Assembly (NCBI GenBank): GCA_032718475.1
Contig: JAUCBJ010006846.1
Location: forward strand, 24,329 to 88,328
Direction: 5' to 3'
Length of the DNA: 64,000 nt
Source: Nemertoderma westbladi
Lineage: Eukaryota; Animalia; Xenacoelomorpha
Below are positions 52,946 to 64,000 of this stretch, piece by piece. Numbering within the stretch: the stretch's first letter is position 1; every line of letters begins with the position of its first letter. Below the pieces are notes generated by a model, which was given only the letters and a program-made list of their open reading frames with translations, did not search any database and was not told the DNA's origin. Made by a program: the position numbers and the translations under genes.

Positions 52946-54609
52946 ATAAATGGGCCTTTAGGAAATATCAATACGCAGAATCTAGTCAACCTCAACACAC
53001 TACAGTATATTGTTTGCTCAGTCTCTGTCAATGTATCCAAATGGATACACCTTCCTATACTCATCAGTCATCACATCACATCACACCATCTCTTACTACT
53101 GTACAGTATATGGCCAATATTACTCATCTAATATCATTTATAATTTATTATTGGTGTTATGGGTGAATGTGTGGTTTCATATTATTGACTTCATTGCTGA
53201 CTTTACAAATATCTTTGTTATTAATATCATCGTGTATTCGTTTAATTATCACTCACAAGATATATATGGAGTGAAAATCCCAAATGCACAGCCATGGCGA
53301 ATCTTTTACCCTATTTAACATTACGAACTTACTAAATTCGCATGCATTTGAACTAAATTTGTTTTGATATTCTGAGATTGGAACTAAGTTTGCATCGATT
53401 GGAGCTAAGTTCGCTTTATAATAACTATTTAAGTGTTTAAAAAAAATAGACTTTTTTTATATTTTTTTGCTTCTTCCATAGTGAAATACGGGCATTACTA
53501 CACCTTGGTTACCCATAGTTTGACCAATTTTTTTCATATAAAAAAGGCTTTTATCATCAGGTTTTTTTTCCTAGAACAAATACAGTATTTGACCTTTCTG
53601 AAGGTAGGGTGGTATTTTTTTCCAAAAACAAATTCCATAAAAAAAATATGGTCTAGAAAATGGAATAAATAAGTAAACAAAACATCTAAAAAAATCAAAA
53701 TTGCAAACTAACACGTGTTCTATAAAATAATTATACAAAAAGTATTAAAAACTAGCTAGTGTAAAATATAAAAAATGTGTTCTAGAGCAACAAAATGTAT
53801 TCTAGAACATAAATATTTATCCAAATAGATAGCTACAGCATCATTAAAAAAAACTAGCTAGTATAAAAAATCAATGTCATGGAAATTTTTGGAACTTTTT
53901 TGGAAATAAATGGAAATTTTTTTGTTGACAAAAAAGTGTCCTTTTTTAGTCAAACTTGTTAACTTAAAGGGACTTACAACAAATAAAATTTATTTTGGAA
54001 ATAAATTCGTTCCAATAGGATATAAGAAAATGTGCCATTGTAAATAAGTTCGTGGTAGGTAACATTACATACCCTTTGCCTTTGGGGCATGACAATACTG
54101 TACTGTATGACATGCTCACTGGTCTGTGATATTTCTTTCGTCTCATCCATCCCATTAGTGTAGGCCTATACGTTTCATTTTACACATTTATTTACTCTGT
54201 GTTAATCATTAATGTATTTATTAATCAATCAACCTAATAATTTAAGAAGGGCATATTTATCAGAATTCTGTGTGTACTTTGTGCTCAAGGAGTGTGCCTA
54301 ACTGTCCTACACGCCTTCCACTATCTTCTGTTTACTGGTAGAGACGATACGAAGACGTTTACCGCCTGTGTAAATATTAAAATTATGCGTAAATCAAATG
54401 CGCAAACACAGTAATTTGATATGGACTTATGTATTATGCGCAAAATTGATTAGTTTATTAATAACATGTGAAACTATATTTAATATAGTTAATAACCTAT
54501 GAAATAAAGTTGTGTTTTTTTAAGTTATTTAATTAGACACGTATTGTAAAAAAAACTATTATACTTTCTTTCACTAGGATCACTGTATAACTCTGGTGTA
54601 TTGGATTGT

Positions 54610-55700
54610 ATATTATTATTATTATATTATTATCAACACTCAGACCATGGTAAAATAAACATTCATGCGATAAACATAATAAATTATGCATGCACTAAAT
54701 TATAAGTAATTATAAAAGGGGAGAAGACCGCCCAGGCTTTAACTGCACTTATGGGGTCCATACACTAAAAATCCAGAATGATGAAACTTATTAATATAAA
54801 ATAAGGTATGAACAATAATTAAAGAAAGCAAATACACTATAAATAAGCAAGGAACATTGATTATATCTATTAACTAAATATTAAAGCGAATAAAAACTAA
54901 TGAAACAGTAGTGAAGCAGAAACCGTACCGGTACTAAAAACCAATTAATTACAATGACGAATTTGAATTAAAAATAAGTAAAAAATAATTAATTAAAAAA
55001 TAGTTAAAAAGGATCACGCCAAGTTTCTATCAAATTTGCAAAAATGCAGCAAATCAACATCGAGTAATTTACGTGAAAAAGAGAGTAAGCTCTCTGAATC
55101 TACTACTGTTGCGTCTAATGAATTCCATATTGGAATCGCGCGATTGGCAAACGAAAATTTCGAAATTTGCAGTCTACTGTAGTTAACCAATAGCTTGTGG
55201 TTGTGTCCTCTCAATCCACTACGCACTGGATAAGAGAAAAAATCATCAAAGGCTAAATCTATCAGACCGTGTAAAATAGAAAAAACCATTTTTTGATCAT
55301 AAATAATACGGCGAATTTCTAATGGTTGTAGCTTAAAATGCTTCAATCGTTCGAAATAACTAGTCCTACCTAGATTGCACCGAAGATAAAGACGTCTCGT
55401 ATAATAACGTTGCACACCTTCAATGAGATCGATACTACCCATCGTGAACGGCGACCATACTTGAGTACAATACTCTAGTAAAGGCCTAACATATGCCTTG
55501 TAGGCTAAAAGCAATGCCTTTTCGTTGTTCGTATAGAAACAACGAAAAATCATGTTAGAGATTTTATAAGCCTTAGCTACTTGTTCACGACAATATTTAT
55601 CGAACTTAAGGTTGTCGCACACAGTAATACCTAAATCTTTACAATGAGAAACTGATTTAATCGGCTTGTCATTGAGTGAATAAGTTAACAAAGGATTTGT
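54610..55700 (-). mobile_element. 5'-truncated CR1-like LINE (C-terminal part of ORF2 + 3' UTR)
   Basis: ORF 55014-55691 reads KDLGI...AYKAYVRPLLEYCTQVWSP...IEGVQR...SYFERL...LEIRR...LRGH..KL...FANRAIPIWNSL; (ATA)n-like tail near 54610-54633. Confidence 0.88.
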
Positions 55701-56321
55701 AAGATATTGTAACTTGTTTCAAATGCATATCTCTTTTACTCGGGGATAGTGATTATTTTGTCCTTACAGTACTAGCAAGTTTCTCCAATTAGACGAATTA
55801 TATCAATGTACTGTATTTCGGTAATTTTGGAAAAGCCATAATCTAAGCTCCCCTCCACCCTCTGCGATCGGCCCGTGTATGGTGTATGATTTCCGGTCCT
55901 ACTCATCACAACATCCAACATCACAGCATCAGACACCACCAGACTGCCAGACACATAGCAGCATAGAGTACATTCAGATATTGCAGCACAGCATTAGGCT
56001 TATAACTGTTTAACTACAGTTTGTTGTACAGAACTATAACAATGCCTGAATACTGGAATAGAATAGTGAATAGGGTACATGAATACTGCTGTACTGCAGT
56101 ACTGTATACCCTACTATCAGACTATAGACTGCAAATTGCAATAAAAGAGTACAGGACAGCAGGCAGGCAGGAGTAGCACCGTACCGTCCGCACTGTACAC
56201 CGCACCGGTAGGCGTAGGGCCTAGCTACTACTGTACTAGCTGGAGCTGCTAGCTGACTAGGGTAGACTAATTATTTTCGACAATATCTCAGTATTATATC
56301 TAATAACAATAAATTCATAAC

Positions 56322-57068
56322 ATGCCCGTTCGGAAGCGAAACACCAACTCGCACAAACCAACTGCACCCAAGAGTTCCGACACAGACGGGTACAACTCAT
56401 CGTGTCAAAACCCAAAATGTCGGGACGACAACGATCTAAAGTTCGCCCTGCTAAAGGCTCGCATCCTCTCGGCCCAACACCAGTGCAACGAGCGAGTGGA
56501 ATCAAACTTCTCGGAGCTCGTCGACAAGGTTATCTCCGATCTCGACGAGTTCTCCAGCCGTGGCAACGGAGTGGAGACAACCGAAGGGATTGCCGCCAAA
56601 CTGAACGGTAGACAAAGCAACGGGAAGCGTCTCCCATCTCCAAAAGTCTTTATAAGTCGACCTTCTTTACTAACCGAACTCTTGGAAACAAAAAACATTC
56701 GCGCGATCCATAACTTCTTTATTTCCGTCGCCATCCTCTTTCTCGTTCAGTCCGTTTCTCTCGACGTCTTCGAGCACGGCGACCCATTCGCAAACCTCGG
56801 GATAGTTCTCAAACACTTTGGGAACTTCAACATGGTTCTGCAACTCTGGTTTCCCATGTTTTTTTTCTCTTTGGTTGGGGTTTACTGTCTCTTCTACTCC
56901 TGGGCCTACATCCGGGAATCTTCCGACGGTTTCTACCGAAATCTCCTGGATATATTCTTCCTCTTTGTCTATATCTCTTGTCAGCTCGTCCTTCTTGTGG
57001 TTCCCGCTTACATGCTCTACACGAACCACATGCCCTACGGATCGGCAGCCCTCGTTATCTGCGAACAG
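56322..57068 (+). CDS. SOAT1: Sterol O-acyltransferase (ACAT/SOAT, MBOAT family), coding exon 1
   Basis: KVFISRPSLLTELLE...IRAIHNFF motif and TM segments. Ends ...ICEQ at a phase-0 donor CAG|GT (57068/57069). Confidence 0.9.
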
Positions 57069-57542
57069 GTTCGTTAGAAACTTATACAAATTTAAACTTA
57101 AGGCAGCACACCACCTCATAATACTGTAATAAATAATAATACCGGTAATTCAATTCTAATAAAAAAGCTGTACGGTAATCACTAAAATATTGAGTTACCG
57201 CACCGGTACCACTAAAATATCGTAAAAATCTATTTCAATGTTAATTATCAAAATATGGGAAACGAACAGGTTACAGGCAGTAGTACAGTCTGACAGTGTC
57301 ACATTATTCTAACCAACACAATAAACGAAATTCAATAGAATAGGTTACAGTCAGACAGTTTTATTTTTGGTGATGAAAGTTATAAATTTTAGTGGTACAG
57401 TCGGTGATATAGGGCCTAGGCGATTTTGGACTTGATCCAATTTTGGAACTTGCTAAGACAAAATTGGACTTCCAATCCAATATTGGAATTAATTTTGATA
57501 TGAATTACAGTGAATTTTCCACGGCCTACAATTTTTTCAGAC

Positions 57543-58090
57543 GGTTGCAACGTTAAGAGACCTTTGTGCAGCACATGCGATACTGTAACATTGTGTAACA
57601 AACTGTTGAAACGTTTAAGAGACCTTCATGCAGAACGTTTGATACTGAAACAATCTGTTGAAACGTTAAGAGGCCTTTGTGCAGCACGTGGCGTACTGTA
57701 ACATTGTGTAACAAACTGTTGAAACGTTTAAGAGACCTTCGCGCAGCACGTGGCGTACTCCAACATTGTGTAACAAAATGTTGAAACGTTTAAGAGACCT
57801 TCACGCAGCACGTGGCATACTGTAGCATTGCGTAACAAGCGGTTGAATTGAAACGTTTAAGATACCTTCGCGCAGCAATTGGCGTACCGGTACTGTAACA
57901 TTGTGTAAAAAACTGTTGACACGTTTAAGAGACCTTCGCGCAGTACGTGAGATACTGAAACAATCCTTTGAAATGTTTAAGAGACCTTCGTGCATCACGT
58001 GGGGTATTGTAACAATCTGTTGAAACGTTTAAGATACCTTCGCGCAGTATGTGAGATACTGAAACAATATATTGAAACGATTAAGAGGTC
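57543..58090. repeat. Diverged ~50-62-bp tandem repeat in the SOAT intron
   Basis: Recurrent acattgtgtaacaaactgttgaaacgtttaagagaccttcgcgcagcacgtggcgtactgta and shorter variants, roughly 9 copies. Confidence 0.88.
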
Positions 58091-58097
58091 GATTAAG

Positions 58098-59978
58098 AGA
58101 ACCAGTAGAAGTACCGGTAGAGCCAGTATAAGTACCGACAGAACCAGTAGAAGTACCGGAAGAACCAGTAGAAATACTGGTAGAACCAGTAGAAGTACCG
58201 GTAGAACCAGTAGAAGTACCGATAGAACCAGTAGAAGTACCGGCAGAACCTGTAGAAGTACCGGCAGAACCTGTAGAAGTACTGGTAGAACCAGTAGAAG
58301 TACTGGTAGAACCCGTAGAAGTACTGGTAGAACCAGTAGAAGTACTGGTAGAACCAGTAGAAGTACTGGTAGAACCAGTAGAAGTGCTGGTAGAACCAGT
58401 ATAAGTACCGGTAGAGCCAGTATAAGTACCGGCAGAACCAGTCGAAGTACCGACAGAACCATTTGAAGTACCGGTAGAACCAGTAGAAGTACTGGTAGAA
58501 CCAGTAGAAGTGCTGGTAGAACCAGTAGAAGTACCGGTAGAGCCAGTATAAGTACCGGCAGAACCAGTCGAAGTACCGACAGAACCATTTGAAGTACCGG
58601 TATAACCAGTAGAAGTACTGGTAGAACCAGTAGAAGTACTGGTAGAACCAGTAGAAGTACTGGTAGAACCAGTAGAAGTGCTGGTAGAACCAGTAGAAGT
58701 ACCGGTAGAGCCAGTATAAGTACCGGCAGAACAGGTCGAAGTACTGACAGAACCAGTAGAAGTACCGGTATAACCAGTAGAAGTACCGGAAGAACCAGTA
58801 TAAATACTGGTAGAACCAGTAAAAGGACTGGTAGAACCAGTAGAAGTACTGGTAGAACCAGTAGAAGGACTGGTAGAACCAGTATAAGTACCGGAAGAAC
58901 CAGTAGAAATACTGGTAGAACCAGTAGAAGTACTGGTAGAACCCGTAGAAGTACTGGTAGAACCAGTAGAAGTACCGGTAGAACCAGTAGAAGTACCGGC
59001 AGAACCTGTAGAATTACCGGCAGAACCTGTAGAAGTACTGGTAGAACCAGTAGAAGTACTGGTAGAACCCGTAGAAGTACTGGTAGAACCAGTAGAAGTA
59101 CTGGTAGAACCAGTAGAAGTACTGGTAGAACCAGTAGAAGTGCTGGTAGAACCAGTAGAAGTACCGGTAGAGCCAGTATAAGTACCGGCAGAACCAGTAG
59201 AAGTACTGGTAGAACCCGTAGAAGTACTGGTAGAACCCGTAGAAGTACTGGTAGAACCAGTAGAAGTACTGGTAGAACCAGTAGAAGTACTGGTAGAACC
59301 AGTAGAAGTACTGGTAGAACCAGTAGAAGTGCTGGTAGAACCAGTAGAAGTACCGGTAGAGCCAGTATAAGTACCGGCAGAACCAGTCGAAGTACCGACA
59401 GAACCAGTAGAAGTACCTTTATAACCAGTAGAAGTACCGGAAGAACCAGTATAAATACTGGTAGAACCAGTAAAAGGACTGGTAGAACCAGTAGAAGTAC
59501 TGGTAGAACCAGTAGAAGGACTGGTAGAACCAGTAGAAGGACTGGTAGAACCAGTAGAAGTACCGGAAGAACCAGTAGAAATACTGGTAGAACCAGTAGA
59601 AGTACTGGTAGAACCAGTAGAAGTACCGGCAGAACCTGTATAAGTACCGGCAGAACCAGTAGAAGTACCGACATAACCAGAGAAGTACCAGTATAACCAG
59701 TAAAAGTACCGGTAGAACCAGTAGAAGTACCGGCAGAGCCAGTAGAAGTAGCGGTAGAACCAGTAGAAGTACCGGTAGAACCATTAGAAGTACCAGTAGA
59801 AACTGTAGAAGTACCAGTAGAACCTGTAGAAGTACCAGTAGAACCAGTAAAAGTACCGGTATAACCAGTATAAATACTGGTGGAATCAGTAGAAGTATTG
59901 GTAGAACCGATAGAAGTACCGGTAGAGCCAGTAGAAGTACCGGTAGAACGAATAGAAGTACCGGTAGAGCCAGTAGAA
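58098..59978. repeat. 21-bp minisatellite in the SOAT intron, ~89 copies
   Basis: Unit agaaccagtagaagtacYggt; produces the spurious RTSRSTG and VLPVLLL ORFs. Confidence 0.96.
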
Positions 59979-60103
59979 AAGTTTATAAAAATTCTGATTG
60001 CTGAGAGTTTGATTCTCCCCTAGACTCAATGTTATTACAGGTACATACCGCTACCGTAGCGTCGATTTAATTCGCACTGAACTATTCCATCTCTTCCCTT
60101 CAG

Positions 60104-60982
60104 GTTCGGTACTTTATGAAAATGCACGCGTTCGTCCGAGAGAACGCGGCCCGCACCCTGGGATTACCCTGCCCCTTAAACACCCAACACCCCGCGAACA
60201 CTCACATTAGGTGCCCTGACTTCACCAAGTATCTCTACTTCCACTTTCTCCCTACCCTCGTCTACCGGGACGTCTACCCTCGCACCAACCGCATCCACTG
60301 GCGTTTCGTACTCTCCAACCTCCTCCAGTTCTGCCTCATCCTCCTCTACAACAACTACATCTTCTCCCGCCTTCTCTACCCCCACTTCCAACACTTCGGC
60401 ACCGACAAACTCACCATTCCATTCATCGTGAAGACCCTAACCTCCTGCATCCTCCCCTCGACTTTCATGTTCTTCCTCGTCTTCTTCGCGTTCCTCCACT
60501 CGTGGATGAACGCGTTCGCGGAGATGCTCCGGTTCGCGGACCGCCGGTTCTACTCCGACTGGTGGAACGCCTACAGTTACCTCTCGTTCTACCGCACGTG
60601 GAACATCGTCGTCTACGACTGGCTCTACAACTACATCTACATGGATTGTCTCCGGGCTACCGGTAGCCGAATCCTCGCTTACATGTCGGTATTCTTCCTC
60701 TCCGCGCTCTTCCACGAGTATATAATCATCGCGGTTATCCGGGTTCTCTACCCGGTCATGCTGATTCTGTTCGGGGGCTGCGGTCTCGTAATGACCGGGT
60801 TCAACCCCCGGGGCCGGGCCGCCAATATCTTTTTGTTCCTGGGCACCTTCACCGGGTTGGGGATAATGTCCACGTTCTACGGGCAGGAGATGTTCGCGAC
60901 CGACTGTCCCGGGTGGGGCGACTACTGGAGGGACCTCCTGCTGCCTCGCAGTTGGACCTGCGCTGTGGGGTCCGCCTCGTAA
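60104..60982 (+). CDS. SOAT1: Sterol O-acyltransferase (ACAT/SOAT), coding exon 2
   Basis: Polypyrimidine tract and CAG acceptor at 60103. Splicing gives EQ|VRYFMKMHAFVREN in frame. Motifs YLYF..PTLVYRD.YPR, LHSWMNAFAEMLRFADR.FYSDWWN, RTWNIVVYDWLY, catalytic HEY, PRSW.C. Spliced product 541 aa. Confidence 0.95.
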   Translation, partial: VRYFMKMHAFVRENAARTLGLPCPLNTQHPANTHIRCPDFTKYLYFHFLPTLVYRDVYPRTNRIHWRFVLSNLLQFCLILLYNNYIFSRLLYPHFQHFGTDKLTIPFIVKTLTSCILPSTFMFFLVFFAFLHSWMNAFAEMLRFADRRFYSDWWNAYSYLSFYRTWNIVVYDWLYNYIYMDCLRATGSRILAYMSVFFLSALFHEYIIIAVIRVLYPVMLILFGGCGLVMTGFNPRGRAANIFLFLGTFTGLGIMSTFYGQEMFATDCPGWGDYWRDLLLPRSWTCAVGSAS

Positions 60983-62047
60983 GTCTGTCTCGCAGACTTT
61001 AGGTAATTTTATCGCTTTCAATAATATTTTTTATTCTTAAATTGTTAACTTTTTCACGCGAATATACACCGAAATCGGGAGAAAAAGTTTCACTTTTTCC
61101 CGAGGGAAAAAAGGTTGCAATGGTGTTACTTTCTTTCCCGGCGAAAAAAGTTTGGAGGAATTTATTATAAATTTTATTACATGTGGTGAAAGAGCATCGA
61201 CGTAGAAAAGGGTTATGTACGTAATCCGAGCAAAAAAAGGCGAAACTCCAAAACGGAACTCAATATAATATCCAATATTGGTTTATGTAGTTAAGCGGCT
61301 CACTAGTTACGTAATAAATATTCGAGAACACTAAATCATTTTAAGATTGAATAAGGCAGCATCAGGAGTTTAAGAGTACAATAATTTGAATTGCAGTAAC
61401 TATGGAAGTAATATAGTAAAATACTACAGTTCAATTAATTTTGTAACACTATATCGTTCTATGTTTTATTAAATAGTTCAGCAAAAAAGTACCAATTTAA
61501 GAATAAGATTACGTATTACATGGGAAAAAACGTAGAATATTTTTTTTCAATATTCTCTCGTTACCTTTAACTATTATTTGTGTTTCTATATTCCATGTGG
61601 GGCGTTTTATGGGTTAGAAAGCCATTTAATAAATTTATTTCAGGAGTGAAAATCCTTCCAACATAAACCCGAACATAATAACTTCACTTAATAGAATCGA
61701 ACTATTAACGAACTCATTAGGTTGAGTTTTGGTTTCGTTATTGTAACGTGTATTACCGACCTAGATAGACTTATTGCATCACCGGGACATCTAATTACGT
61801 TCCGTATCGTTCCCTTTTCCGCTCTATGTTGCTTCGGGTTCAGCCGATCCACCACATCTGTAGTGCAATGCCCCGCGCTGTTTCTATTTTTTCTGGACTG
61901 CTACTATAATTTATTTCCAGCGGGCATTATTTATTTTTCGATAAACTCTGATTTAGATAACTCTAGTTAATTAATTATATTATCTAACATTATCTCCCTG
62001 TCTCCCAACACATTTGTGCTCTGCACCCGTTTGAAGAGAATTATAAT

Positions 62048-62977
62048 CTACTTTATATAACTATAAACTACTTTATATAAATATAAACTACTTTATATAA
62101 CTATAAACTACTTTATATAACTATAAACTACTTTATATAAATATAAACTACTTTATATAACTATAAACTACTTTATATAAATATAAACTACTTTATATAA
62201 CTATAAACTACTTTATATAAATATAAACTACTTTATATAAATATAAACTACTTTATATAACTATAAACTACTTTATATAAATATAAACTACTTTATATAA
62301 CTATAAACTACTTTATATAACGATAAACTACTTTATATAACTATAAACTACTTTATAAGAATATAAACTACTTTATATAACTATAAACTACTTTATATAA
62401 CGATAAACTACTTTATATAACTATAAACTACTTTATATAACTATAAACTACTTTATATAAATATAAACTACTTTATATAACTATAAACTACTTTATATAA
62501 ATATAAACTACTTTATATAACTATAAACTACTTTATATAAATATAAACTACTTTATATAAATATAAACTACTTTATATAACTATAAACTACTTTATATAA
62601 ATATAAACTACTTTATATAAATATAAACTACTTTATATAACTATAAACTACTTTATATAAATATAAACTACTTTATATAACTATAAACTACTTTATATAA
62701 CGATAAACTACTTTATATAACTATAAACTACTTTATAAGAATATAAACTACTTTATATAACTATAAACTACTTTATATAACGATAAACTACTTTATATAA
62801 CTATAAACTACTTTATATAACTATAAACTACTTTATATAAATATAAACTACTTTATATAACTATAAACTACTTTATATAACTATAAACTACTTTATATAA
62901 CGATAAACTACTTTATATAAATATAAACTACTTTATATAACTATAAACTACTTTATATAACTATAAACTACTTTATA
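62048..62977. repeat. 20-bp AT-rich minisatellite, ~46 copies
   Basis: Unit ctactttatataa(c/a)tataaa with cgata and aaga variants. Confidence 0.97.
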
Positions 62978-64000
62978 GTGCCCACAGCTTAAATAAGTCG
63001 TGATAGATTATAGATTATATAATAAATTTGTATTTATTAATTCTATAAAGTAGATTTTACTTCTCCGCATACGCGCGCTGTTAAATTATTTAGTTTATAA
63101 ATTTATTAATCAGTAAAATATTCATTTATTTTTCTCTATAATATAAAATACTGTGCAAAATATTATTTAGTTAACTTTATGTCATTGTTTGGAATTATTT
63201 TAATTGTTACTGTATTTAATTTAAAGAACTTAGATTTTCCCATAAAATGAATGAGTTCATAACCAATTAATATCGTCAACGAAGATTATTTAATTAGGAG
63301 TCCGTCAGCTTTTCTTTCATGTTGCTCTCATTATTCAGTGTAATATATTTTTGGTGCTTGTTGTTTCAACGCATGAATAATCGTTATTTTTTTTTATTAA
63401 TTATATTTACTCATTCTAATTAAATTATCTGCAGATCGAATATTTTAGTTTAAAAGTTTAACATCATCTATAGATGTTGGTATTATTATTATTTGATACA
63501 GTAAGTTGTTTTCTAATGTTAAAATTTTGAAATAAAACAAATTCACTAATTACGCTTCATTTTAATTTTTGTTTTAATTTTTGTTTAAAGCTTAATTTTG
63601 CTTCACTAATTACTCTGATGTTCGTTGCTGCATTTGCACTCGCTTTGTTCGTTCGTGTATATTCCACTCAGATCAGCACACTGTACTACTGTTGTACACG
63701 CAGGAACTTAATGTAAAATTATTGTAAATAGTTATTGCATGTGATTAATTCATTATTATATAATTTGCTGCATTCATTTCTGCATTATTTGGTATTATTG
63801 GCGTCGTAATTTCAAATTTGCCTTTTATAAATAATAAATTATATAACTGGTATCCATTAGTTGGTGGTGGTATAGAGACACACTCGCATACTCCATTATT
63901 TATTGCATATTTATTTTTCCTGACAATATGGATTAACAATGATTAAAATTTAATCGTAATTGTTATTTATTTAATTTCAAATTTCCAATCTCTTCTCTTG

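Noticed and set aside
51419-54155. Numerous short ORFs (60-126 aa)
   Set aside because: No recognisable domains, AT-biased composition, and overlap with repeats or the MITE.
57990-59784. ORFs encoding RTSRSTG, VLPVLLL and YFYWF repeats
   Set aside because: These are translations of a 21-bp intronic minisatellite.

Overview
AT-rich eukaryotic (metazoan, probably invertebrate) genomic window. Nearly half of it (12559-43417) is a ~413-copy 75-bp satellite with kb-scale higher-order duplications. Its flanks preserve the likely progenitor sequence, and one reading frame gives a 25-aa LRR-like repeat that is probably not a real gene. Two host genes are well supported: an intronless type II membrane fibrinogen-related protein (43847-44815) and a two-exon sterol O-acyltransferase (SOAT/ACAT; 56322-57068 + 60104-60982). 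The rest is mobile DNA and repeats: a decayed full-length RTE LINE with a TSD, a CR1-like 3' fragment, two CRE-like non-LTR fragments, a gag-like zinc-knuckle ORF between diverged LTR-like repeats, a MITE, a foldback palindrome and several minisatellites. TA-N(1-4)-TA words resembling DNA-transposon excision footprints are abundant. All family assignments come from reading motifs by eye; no database searches were run.
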